A stretch of 64,000 bases of DNA from Zygnema circumcarinatum SAG 698-1b (Eukaryota; Plantae; Zygnematophyceae). Position 1 is the stretch's first letter. The number at the start of each line of letters is the position of its first letter. The translations under genes and the position numbers were made by a program. Positions 47,506-59,220 of this stretch are shown one piece after another. Location of the stretch: assembly GCA_037447605.1 (NCBI GenBank), contig CM074814.1:2046001-2110000 (forward strand). The letters are read 5' to 3'. Under the pieces are notes generated by a model. The model saw only the letters and a list, made by a program, of their open reading frames with translations, did no database searches and was not told the DNA's origin.

Positions 47506-50500
47506 TTACAAAGATCCCTCTTCCGAAGCGGCTGGCGGCCCCGCCCTCTTGGCTGCCCTTTGCCTGCCATTCAACAGGTCGATCTGACGTTGAACCCTGG
47601 CCTGGTCTGCAGCTCTGTCCACTTTCTTGTAGGCAGTTGCCAGAATCGACAGAGTGACAACGTCCGGTCTGATCTTGTAGCGCTGGAGCATGCCGAAGTA
47701 CTCCTCCACCTTCTCTATGTCGCCGATGTTGCGGAAGGCGGCCATGCACGTCCCAAGAGTGATGTTGTTTGGCTCAAAGCCAGCGTCCAACATCTCCTGG
47801 AAGATGCGCTCCACATCCTCCACCCTTCCTGAGTCTGCATACCCCGTGGCGACTATGTTGTACGAGACCTGCAAACACAAAGGGGGAGTTTTGAGTTTTG
47901 GGTCTGTGGGATGTATCTGTCAGGTCACATGGCTCGTTTGCATGTCTACATAGGAGGAAAGGCGTCCCCCTCGTGTTTTTTCAATCAGGATTTCAGTAGG
48001 AGGAAGAGCAAACAGCAGCCTGAAAGCCAAGCAGTTCAGTTTGCTGATGACTGTGAACTGAACCTACCAATGCGCCTCAACCAGAGAAAAACGCATTTTC
48101 CCTGTATCAGACCAGAAACGCATCCAAAAAACACGAAACAATCCAAAGAGAACAGAAAATCCGATTCCTTCAACGAATCCATCCACGATCAGTGGAATGC
48201 AACAAACGGCGAGTGAAGGGAAGGCCTAACCAGACTCGGATTGCAGCCTTCCGCCGCCATTGCTCGGAGCAGCTCTTCGGCTTGCTCCACCTGTCCTTTG
48301 TCACGCAGGAGGCCGAGGACCGCATTGTAGGAGCGCACATTGGGGGTGTAGCCCCTGGCCTTCATCTCATTGAAGATCTCCATGGCCTTCTCTAGGTCGC
48401 CTCCCTTCAAGTACTTGTTCGCCAGCGTGTTGTAGGTCACTATGTCGGGAGACACTCCCATGCTCTGCATTCGTTTCGCAGCCATTTCCATCTTCTCGAA
48501 ATCACCCACTTCGCCGTACGCGGACACCATGCAGTTGTGAAATACCTGTGGTTAACCAAATAAGGCTTAGTTCAAAGCTGTTGTCAACTAGATAAGGCTC
48601 ACTTCAAACTTGTGGTGGACCAAAACCCATGGTTAACAAGACACGGCTTAGTTCCAAAGATATGATTAACCAGATGAAGTTTAGTACGAACCTGCGGTTA
48701 ACCAGATAAGGCTTAGTTCAAACCGGTGATTAGCAAGATAGGGCTTAGTTTAATTCTGCGGTTCACCAGATATGGTTTAGTTCAGGCAGGGTCTTTCAAT
48801 ATGTGGCTATCGTTCCCCAGCATGTATATGTTGACTATACTTAAAGCTGAAGCCAGGCACGAACAAAGGACCATCACCTCTATTCAGACGGCATCATCAT
48901 ACCAACTTGAATGCAAACTACGACTACCGCATTAAAAAGAAGAAATAGGTCGAGGAGGATCTGGTGGATACGACTAGCGAGGTCACAAGAAAAGGCTAGA
49001 AATTCAGTAAGCAACAAGCTCTTTTTCCATCATCCTATTTATCAGCCAATCGCAACATCCACAAAATGGCAAAGCATGGGGCTGGCATGAACCCTACAGT
49101 TTTCCACAGTTCATTCTGACAGAGAGGGGAACCAGCTGACGGCCTAACGAAGTACATATCTTTGACAGATTTCATAGAGACAGGCAGCTCCCTTGATGCC
49201 GATTTGTGACCTAAGACAATTCACCTTCAAGTGCGCAAACATCTTGAAATAACATCATTTCTATTCCAGGTAAACCTTTTCATGCTTGCCTATGCTCAAA
49301 AGTGATAATGCAGTGAATGCCTGCAGAGTATTCGTATGGTATTTGTCTGTAGTATACATGTCCACGTCGTTTATCGCAGGTTTCAGATTGCAAGGCGGCC
49401 TATTCCACAAGAGATTTAAGTGGGCCATGAGTGCTTACCCTGCTTGTCTTGTAGCCTGACTTCATAAGCAGCTTGAAAAGGCTCTCTGCTTCAGTTACCA
49501 TACTCTTCCGTCCCAGGCTTGCCAACGTCTGACTCGCTACGTACTGACTTAACTTCATGCCACACAGAAGTGCAGCTTCCAGGCTTTCAACAGCGGTTTT
49601 CATATCCCCTTCCTCAAGAGCTTGAGCAATCTTTATATTTGTATCGCTTGCCAATTCGTCATTGTTTGTATCTGATGCCATTTGGGGGAGCGTGGGCGGC
49701 ACTTCTGGTTCGGGATCCTGCGGGATTCAAGACAGTCTGATTTTAGAGTCAGATAGAATTCCAATGAATGAGTGAGTAGTTAACCTCAACGGTAAGAAGA
49801 CTCCACACTGACCGTTAGGTTCCTATCTCCACACTGCCTTCATGATACGCCCATTTCCAATGAGTGAACTTGCCAGAAAACTACGTGCATTCGACAACGG
49901 AATAAATAATTTCTACACAGAGCGAAAGAATACGCAAAAGAACATCGGTAAGACAGATACACATCAGTACCCGATGTAAGAAATCACCGGATGCCGCCGC
50001 TTACTACTATTGACACTCAGAGGTTTTCCTTTTGCTCTAACAATGCATCATGCACGTGTTCAACATATGCAACATATTCATGCTCATGTTCACCATGAAC
50101 TCCTGGAAAAAAATGAAAAACCTTTGACCAGCACTGTGAATCTAATGCACACTCATTTCATGCCCTGATAAATATCGCACTTATTCAACATGTGACCACC
50201 ATTTTGGTGGTTTTTGGGAACGATAGCCACATATCCCTGCCTGAAAGACCCTGCCTGAAAAAAGCCCAAAAGACACTTTCAGCTTTGATAAAGCAGAATG
50301 TCACAATCGTCACATCATGATCACCATTTTCATAATGCCCGAACACAATAAGGAACGAGAAATAAGACATATTCAGTCGTATTGCTAGAGTAATCTATAA
50401 GCTGTTTTTTACCAGCTTCGGTGCGACACTGCATGTGAGATTTGATAGATTCGACCTGATTGACGCAGAGAGCATAAGTGTCAAGCTTATAGTAGGTGAT

Positions 50501-52125
50501 AGCCAATTTGGCAGAGCAGGTAAGTCTTCAGAAATAACTGTCCTAACGAGTGATAGATTCCAACTGCAACCGATTAATAGTCAAAGTCAAACAGGAATGC
50601 CCATCAAGATTGCGAGGACTAAAGTGTATAGCCAAGGGCAATGTTCGTGTGAGCTAGGCTGTCACTGACGATATCGCAAGCAAAGTGGAGACTTCCCTTC
50701 ATCAACGGAAGGAGACATTTAGGACAGACTATATGATAAACCATCTGCGCATGATTAAAACTTCATTAATGAGTCTAGTATAAAAAAAATAGAAATCGAT
50801 AAGACGACTTAATTCTGCGTTGGTCAATTTCGTGATTTGTACAGTGAGCAATCCAGCACCGAGATTTATTCGGTTTTTTGCCGGTCAGTGGAAGGCGGAT
50901 GGATCTATGTCAATGTTCAAACGTCTAAACATCAGCGCCTAGAGCCATTGCTGGTATGCATTTGAGGAAGATCTACAACAACAAGCTCGGCCAAATCAAT
51001 AAGGACTATTCCTATTTTCTTCCAGCTACGGGCACGTGGGTCCTCATCTATACTTCCTATATTCTCAGCTGGGAATATAGGATTGGACCCATCAAACACT
51101 TGGTCTATACCTGCGCATAGCGACTTGTCAATCCGCAGCTGCAGTTGGTGACCGCCTTGTTCCAAATGCCAATTCTCATCCTGTCTAAGCCAAGTCTCAG
51201 TTGCAGTTCAAACGTTCAAATAACCTACTTGCAGCTTCGGCTTCCATTTGTCTGACATCAGAATTGTCCTCATGGCCTGCCTCCATGCTCGCCTTCCCGA
51301 GCCAATGTGTGATTCAGCATCTTTCAACACCTTGTCCACCTCTTCTTCATCTTTTGCTTCCAAAAGTATTCTCACAAAGCCCTGCACCTTCTCCTCAAGG
51401 TCCTTTCCTGCTTTCGAGACCGCCCGTGTGCTTGACACCACTGCGGAATTCGCAGTTCCGTTACCCCCTGCATCCCCGCTTGCTGCTGCTTCCGCTTCTC
51501 GCGTCTGAGAACCTTCACCTTCTTGTCCTGGTTTCAATAAAGACTCGTTCCCATACGATGCCTTGCTCTCTCCCTGGTTCTCTCCCACTCCTTGATCAAC
51601 AAGTCCGGACAACGTTATTTCCTCGAGTCCTTGCAAATCAGCTATAATATTTTCGGATATTTCCTCCTTAATCTCGCTCTGTAGCGGCTTTTCCCCTACA
51701 ATTCCTTGTTTTTCTAGTTTTGCTCCTTTAGTTCTCTTCACCAGCATAACTTTCCCCTTCGGCCCTCTCTCAATCAGGAGAAATCCCTCCTTGACCTCCT
51801 TCCTCTCGGACACTTCTGCTCCACTCTCACTTCGCAACTCTGTCTTGACTTGTGCTTCAATATCTATGATATCTGCCACGCCTCCCGAACACCTTGCAAT
51901 GGAGCGCTGTCTGAAGCAGCTTGAGCTGCTCTGAAGACCAGCAGGAGACATGCGCTTCCCTACCCTGCTCGCCTGCTCGCCCTTGGAAGCTGCATAGCCC
52001 ACCCCTCCTTCTACATTCCCACAGCTGCGAATGAGAAAAGCTTCACTTGGAACCACGCATCCAGCCATCATCTCCACTTTTCCTTCCAATAAAACCACCT
52101 CTAATCCTCCCCTCCCTGCACTCAC
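47506..52125 (-). CDS. P-type pentatricopeptide repeat protein (~7 repeats), probably organellar; exons ~52125-51229, ~49716-49438, 48545-~48221, ~47869-47506
   Basis: 35-aa repeats, e.g. DIVTYNTLANKYLKGGDLEKAMEIFNEMKARGYTP and NVRSYNAVLGLLRDKGQVEQAEELLRAMAAEGCNP. The 35-aa register is preserved across the exon 2/3 junction. The linkage of exon 1 is inferred. Confidence 0.85.
48546..48786 (-). repeat. ~31-32-bp minisatellite overlapping the 3' splice site of a PPR intron
   Basis: About 7 units of tttgaactaagccttatctggttaacc(a/g)cag on the minus strand. The last unit is the acceptor used before 48545. Confidence 0.85.
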
Positions 52126-52404
52126 ATTCCTCTATTCCTTCCCACAATGCTGCAAACTTTCTGCAACCAAAGGCGCTCTCTCTGCCAGTTCTCCCCCTCA
52201 GCTTTTCACAAAGCCAGTCCCAAATTAACCCCCAAGGGCCTATTACATTACTGGCGTCCCCGAAGGCGTCCCAACGTCGATTTACCGCCTTTCGAAAGAC
52301 ATACGTATGCTCTCAGCGTCCGCTCAGGTTGAATACCGCCACGAGGAGGCAGCAGTCAGCCGCAACTGTTTTGGAAGCTCCCTGAGGAGGTGTGGGAGGA
52401 GGCC

Positions 52405-54651
52405 ATGGCGGCCAGCGCAGCGCTGCAGCTCCGCCCTGCGCAGCTCGACTGCTATCCATGGCGTCGAGTCGGCTGTCTGACATCTGCGAGGTCTGCACGC
52501 AGCGTCAGGACTAGCGTTAGAAGGCACGTGGTGGCTGAGCTTAGCTCGGATTGTTGTAGAAGTGATCTGCAATGGCAGGCTGCTGGAAGTGAAGCTGCAG
52601 AACAAAATGGCAGAAGACATTTTATCAGAGCTTTGACAGCCATCCTCTTCTCTGTGGTTACAGAGCAAGCTCTTGCCAGAGAGAGGAAGCCGAAAAACAT
52701 AGCAGAAGAGGCTTACGAGACTGCAGGTGCATTATCTGTACCGTTTTTCTCTCCTCATAGCATGTTGTGATTGTTATGCATTGATTATTGGAAGAGAAAC
52801 TTCCTTCCTCGCTGAAACACACTCAGGAGCTCAGTGTCGTGTCACATAAGTGCTTAAAGAAGAATGCGCTGTAGTAGCACGTGAGAATAGCGTGCTCCTG
52901 GTTTTGTCATTTTTATGAATTAACTACCTGAAAAACTAAACTGAAGTTTACATAGAAGCAGGAATTGGCAAGGAATGCTTAAACTACTTGGATAAGTCCG
53001 CAATTCATTTCAGCATTCTTGTTGCGGAGCCCTCCCATCGCTATGCACTTCTCTTATCTTCCAAGTAAATAATCTCGCTAACCTTGTTACTTCTGATGGA
53101 TGCTTTTGAGTTGGCGCCTGCAGAAGATGGCCTCAAGTACTACGACTTCGTAACTGGAAAAGGAGAAGTTGCAGAGAGCGGCAGTTCTGTCTCTGTATGT
53201 CTCCGGTTCTCAAACCGTAGCCAGCCGTTAGCAGTGACAGGCATACGTAAGGAGGAAGTTTGGTACTCTTTCGTCTGAAGCCGAACCAATTCTTACGCTG
53301 TCCATTTTCAATTTAGTCCAAGACTCCTATATGAACAAAACCTTTAACTCGTTCAGGAAACCGGTTGATGAAAGCAGAAGGCTGTCCTTATTTTCTAGAA
53401 CGTTAATCATGAAGCTTCGATAAAGTTGCAGAGTTGTTGTTTTTGTCAACGGGGTCTTTGTACTTCGTTGATCGAAATTTGGCCTCTTAACGGAGCTCCT
53501 TCTCTCGCAGGTCCATTTTGACTGCATATACAGGACTTTGACGGTTATCTCTAGCAGAGAGTCAAAACTACTTGGCGGAAACCGTGTAATTGCTCAGGTG
53601 AATGTTCGATGCCATTGGGATCAAAAGGGTGATGCATTTAGATGCATGAACTAAAGCTGTTTCGTCACCTCTCGTATCTTTTGAGTGATCTTGCTTTTGA
53701 ATGTTCTATGAGCCAGCAAGGGAAAGGGAAATTGAAAGGGAAAGCTCAGCGTGGTCCACTTAGGATGTGGGGGAAAGTTGACGACCAATGTACGGTAAAA
53801 AGACTGTTTGATGGGGTACAGTTTTGTTTTGTTCTGACTATTGTGTCATGTCTATGCTTTGCCTCTGCTTGAGAGATGCAGCCATACAACTTCGTGGTGG
53901 GATCAAAACCGGGACTTGAACGCAAGCGGGATGGCACAGAGAGTGCGAACGGGCTGTTCTCCGCTCAGGCTGCTCCAAAACCGCCCAAAGCCCTTTATGT
54001 CCTGACGAAGGGGATGCGTGTGGGTGGGAAGGTGAGCAGTACTTTGAACTCACGGAATCATTGACCACTTTGGTGGCCTATTTTAGTCTGATAGTTTTCG
54101 AACTTCCCATGAAAAGGTTTGATGCAAAAGTGCAAAACTACCAGATTCTAAAACGTAGTTATGGTTTCATTTCGTGGTTCTGGATGACGCCAGCGAACGG
54201 TTATTGTGACTCCTGAGGAGGGCTACGGTGACAAGGGCTTCGCTGAGATTCCAGTACGTCCATGTTCCCTCAAATCCTGTCTAAGTTTGCACCAGTGAAT
54301 GGGTTGTATACTCCCCTTAAACCGTTTATCTATAGAAAACTGGAAGAAACCTTTTCTGCAGAAGGAGCCACTGCTGAAACTTTTCCTGATCCAGGATTGT
54401 TGGTGCAACCAGTAAAACAATTCTCAAGCATCTATGCAGTTCCTAACGTCGCAAGGCACCTCGCATTTCCATTGTAGAGGTGGTTTAGTTTCTTCAACTT
54501 TGGCCCCTTGTGAACTCTAAAAGCCACTGTTTCATTTCCTGGTTGCTGGACGTAATGTCTCTACTGCCTTTTCTCTTTTTGGATGCAGCCTGGAGCGACC
54601 TTCGAAATGAATATTGAGCTTTTGGAGGTGAAGAAAGAAGCAGCTACTTGA
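52405..54651 (+). CDS. FKBP18: Thylakoid-lumen FKBP-type PPIase FKBP18, 6 exons
   Basis: Tat-type signal GRRHF...ALA|RERK. Motifs GLKYYDFVTGKG, VHFDCIYR...SRESKLLGGNR.IAQPY.F.VG, NGLFSAQAAPKPP, GMRVGGKRTVIV and PGATFEMNIELL. Confidence 0.93.
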
Positions 54652-55148
54652 TTATCGCATTTCTGCTATTCCGCTTTGTTCCCGCTGTCAGAGTAAACCT
54701 AGATGTCTTTTTTGAAGCTTGCGCTGCCAACATCTTTCAGGTCCAGTTTTCGCAGTCAGTGCAGGAAGGCCCCTCTATTTTTGGCATAGCGTGCAGTTGA
54801 AGGCTCCAAGAGGGAAAACCGATCTCAGAGAGGAGAGGAGAGTCCCACAGTTTTGTCATTTTATAGTTAGAGTCTCGTTATGCGAGGCAGTTTTTTCCCC
54901 CTTCGAGAGACAACCTCGTGAGGAGTAATCTGCTCTAGTGATGTCTTTCAGACAGGCTTCTTGGCATTTCATTATTGTTTAAATTTTAAACAAACTAAAG
55001 AAAATTATGGTACATTTTTTTTCACAGAGGCTCGCGAAGTAGAGGCTCGTGTGGCGAAGGTCGTATTCAGCAAAAAAGAGGAGAAAAAATCTTACTTTGT
55101 TTTTTTCTCTTTGGACGAGGTGCTGCTGCTTGCTAGATGCCCACGCCC

Positions 55149-55335
55149 ATCTAACGGTCAGTGGCAAAATTCAAATTCCAAATTCAAGAACTCGCACACC
55201 AGCGAATCCAACGGTTTAAAACCAACGACTTGGATTGGCTTGGGTATCCAACGGTCATGAACCCAAAGACTTGGCACATGGCCACATCCAACGGTCGGAC
55301 GCGTAAATGGTACTTGTGGGCAAATCCAACGGTGG
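55149..55335 (+). promoter_or_regulatory. Array of five MSA-like ATC(C/T)AACGGT motifs
   Basis: Motifs at 55149, 55206, 55246, 55286 and 55324 (spacing 57, 40, 40, 38), all on the same strand. Confidence 0.5.
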
Positions 55336-56029
55336 ACTTCGCAGTTCATTTTTTCAAACTACTCTACAGTCCACGAGTTGGGCTCAAGGTTACGTTCTCT
55401 GGCAATAGTTTGCGAGACTAGACAAAAAGTAAAACTGGCACTGAACTAAAAATAAAACTAAAACTAAATTGAAAGAAAAACCAGAAACTGGAACTGAACT
55501 GGAACTAAGCTGTAGCTTCGCAAAGCCCAAAAAAAAAAAAAGAAGTATCTTGGCGTTGACATCAAAATGGCGACGCCATCAAATGTACGACATGCGCAAT
55601 GGCAAAGTGTACAACCAATGTGTGAACAACAAGAGGGGCCATGAGAATAACTTGCTTCTAGTCCCAACAACAACAACAACAACATGGCTTTAGAAGCGGA
55701 CATGGAAGTGGGTCTGGCGGCCCTCCCCCTCCCCCCCATATCCCAAAAAGGTATGAATTGGCATTGGTATGATACCCAACAACCCAACACAACCCAAGAC
55801 CCTTTGAGCCGAATCGTTTCCATGCGTTAGTTTCAGTTTTTGTGGCGCGCACGGAAAGTTGCTAACTGGAAAACAAAAACTTCAACGCGATTTACTCACA
55901 GTTGAACGCTCCCGCTCGCTCGCAGTTCCGTCACATGGAGACCCGCCATGGCTCCAGTACGCGCCTCTCCCTTTCCACTCCCATCGCCAGCCTCTCTCCC
56001 TCCTCTCCCTTCTCTCCTCCCTTCCCGCC

Positions 56030-57715
56030 ATGGCTTCAGAAAGCCTCAAGCTTCGTCGCTGTGCAACGTGTTCCGTTCAAATGCCTCTCTCTCTCGCGTT
56101 CCGTTTCCCTCTCCTCCTGCTCCTTGCCGCGGCCGCATTCTCTCCCTGTTCCGCGCAAAAGAGACGCATTCATGTCGGGGACAAGCTGGAGGATGTGGTT
56201 GACAGTGAAGAGGATGAGGATTGGAAGGCGTGGGGACGCCCCAAAGAGCCTCAGATGCCAAAGAGCACGTTGGGCAAAACGGCTCAGACTCTGGATATGG
56301 CGGCTATGAAGGAGTACACCGGAGCAAAGCTGAAGGGAAAAGCATTCGGATGGGTCATGCTGAGACCTAAAGAGGGCAGAGAACGAGTGAGCGACCGTGA
56401 CTTCCTGTTAGTATGTGATTGAGTTCACAAAGTCATGGGCAGGGCTGCTGAAACGTTGCCTTAAAGGCTCATGCTTTGCTTTAAAACGAGAGAAGCTTCT
56501 TAGGAGCGTAATATATCACTCTGCTGTTGCTGCAGTCAGAATGTTGTTCCTGGTTCAAAAACTCCTACTTTCTCTGTCTCCTCGTCCTCACTCTCTCTTA
56601 AACTCAAACATATAGCGAAACGGATGTGCCATTGATGAAGCACGCTCTTTCATGGGGAAATGAAAGTTGCCTTCATACGACATTAAACCTGTCAGTGTCC
56701 AAGATGTAGAAGACTTGAAGTTCACATTGCTTCTTGTAGTTTTTTTTTTTTCCAAACTTTGAAAACGTTTTTTTAGAGCGGGGAAAACTTTAGGAAGAAT
56801 CTCTGAAGGATCTGCGATTCCTCATTTTCTAGTTTTCTTTTTTGCTTCTTCACGAAGCTGACAAACATAAGCGCGCTTTTGACTGACAGTTTCTGGCGAA
56901 AACAAAATTTAAGAAGTCCACGTCTGTAATCTTTTGTGCCTTTGGGCTGTTCGAGTCCTATTCAATCGTATTTTTTAAGGCAATACGGCCATTCTATTTC
57001 GTGTGATTATTTGAACTTCAACCGAAGAAGCTTAAGTGATGACAAGTGTTCTGCATTTTGACAAATGTGTCGAGATTAGCAACTGAACTGTGCGCCTGCA
57101 GGAGGAGGCAATGCACTTGGCCTATCAATGGGAGAAACTTCTTCTAAGTGGCGGCATCAGAAGTGAATTTCAGCCGGTGGATTCGATGACCATCTGGTTT
57201 GAACTACAAGACGACCGCTACATCGAAGAGGTGACTCCACCGTTTCCCTCTCCCTCTCTCCCTCTCTCGCTCTTGTGCTGAGGCACATCGTGTCAGGCCG
57301 GCATCGAGAAAATACGAAATTTAAGTCGTTCGTGTGGTTTGATGTTGATAATCAACTTAAACTCCAACTCAAGCTTGAGTTTAATTCACAAGGCAAGCTT
57401 TTTCTCTTCACCTCATATCACTTTCTTTTCTTGGAAACGTTGTTGCAAGTATCAACGAGCCTTGAACCTTGCTACCCGTGTTTGATGAGCTGCTCTGTGT
57501 GACAACTTTGCTGCGGACCTTTATGGCTGCAGGTGATTGAGTTTCTACTCGATCAGCACGATGTCTATGAGTTCAGAGTCGGAGACTACCCGTTCCGACG
57601 TAAAGGTGATGAGCCTTTGAGCAAGGTCCTTGGTCGCAATGTGTGGGAGGAAGTGGACAGAGCAAAGGACTTGATTTTGGGAACATCAAAGAGCAGCAAT
57701 CACATGGAGCTGTAA
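56030..57715 (+). CDS. MESD-like ER chaperone (Arabidopsis At2g46000-like), 3 exons
   Basis: Signal peptide LLLLLAAAAFSPCSA. Motifs KRRIHV.DKLEDVVDSEEDEDWKAWG, W..LL.SGGI and FLLDQHDVYEFRVGDYPFRRKGDEPL. C-terminal HMEL. Confidence 0.85.
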
Positions 57716-58479
57716 ATTCAACTTGCATTCGAATAGGGGACTGAAGTAGAAATAAAGGCTTGCGGTAGTAGTGAATCGAGAGAGGTACTTAACCTCTGCA
57801 AAGCTAGAGAGAGCGAGAGAGAGAGAGTCTGGGCAGCCTTGGAAACCACCAGTCCAGTGAGTGGTTCGACATGGCTCACATTTTTTTTTTTAAGTGACTA
57901 GCTTGTTGGAAGTTTGGTCACTGATTTTTGGCTTGCTGATAGGAAGTAGTCGCCGAAAGGAAGACTTTTTTTTTTTGTTGTTTTTAAAAAAACCTTTTCT
58001 TGGCATGAGACGTTGACCAGAAGAGTTAGCGGAAGTGGAAGTCAGAAAGAAGGGAATCGCTGTATGACAGAAGGGCTGAGTTTATTTACAGACTATTTCC
58101 TTTATTTTCACTACCAATGCCCATTTTTTATATCTTTTGAAGCCTAGTATGAATCCAATCCAAGTCTTCCTAGACAGAGAGACGTTGGTTTGAAGCCCTA
58201 TACTGCTCAAGTATTCGAAGCAACGCTTGCTAATTTCACAAAGAATATTCTGTGAGCATAGCTGCAATAACAAAAGCGCTGCTGAGCGCCGGAGTACACG
58301 ACTGCAAACTATGGTTTTCCCTTTTGTAGAATGTCAATTGGTCGGTATTAATGTCCTCCAATTTATTCATACGCTGTCCCATACTTGGCAAATATGTCTC
58401 AAATGCGATAACCAAAAAGTGAGATGCTCGGGATCTGGCAAATGCCACCGCCGCAAAGTGGTGTGGCTTGCCTTGACTC

Positions 58480-58630
58480 ATGGATATGGTCATGGTCATG
58501 GTAATTGGTTTTGGTCATGGTCATGGCCACGGCCATGGCCACAGTCATGGTCATGGTCATAGTCAAGGTCACGGTCACGGTCATGGTCATTGTCGCGGTT
58601 ATGGTCATGGTCATGGTCAAGGTCATGGGC
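58480..58630 (+). repeat. (GGTCAT)n hexamer repeat between converging MESD-like and ISE2 genes
   Basis: About 25 degenerate hexamers, visible directly. Confidence 0.9.
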
Positions 58631-59220
58631 ATGGGCATGGGCATGGGCATCTTTCTTTGTTGGCAAATACACTCTTCACACAACAAGATATTTTTTTCCT
58701 CAGAAACACTCGCGGATTCATCCCGTTTTTTTTGCCAACCTAAGACTTTCAGTGAAATGTATATTGCCAATTGACAATGACAACATTTTTTACCGGAACT
58801 TTAGATGTGAGATAAAAGGGAGGCAAACAGGTACTTCAGCAGGAGGGGTGTAACCTTCGATCATCAAGTGGGCTCCGGGTCCACAAGCGGGTTCCACTCA
58901 CTGCTATAAAAAAAAAACATGGTAACGGTATTTTGCCATTCCCACAAAGTTGGCTCACAAAATGGAAGCCTCCCAAAAACTGGCCTTTGAGAGGCTGACA
59001 AAAAACATTATCCCGTTCTCCCATACATTATTCCGAACATGAGGGTTTGCCAATTGATTTAAGAGAATGTCCAGAATTTACCATTCATTTCCCATATTGT
59101 GGTTGGCACCTTAATGAGGCCGAAAATAAATTGCAAGGTACAACATGTACAAGAATAATAGTAGGCGGGTTGTACAAGAGAGTCGGTATAGCCTTCTGAT
59201 AAAGAGAAAAGAAGCACACT

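Noticed and set aside
50932-51180. Additional PPR exon
   Set aside because: It would need a 48-nt intron and shows no PPR or other recognisable motif. A direct 51229 to ~49716 splice is phase-compatible.
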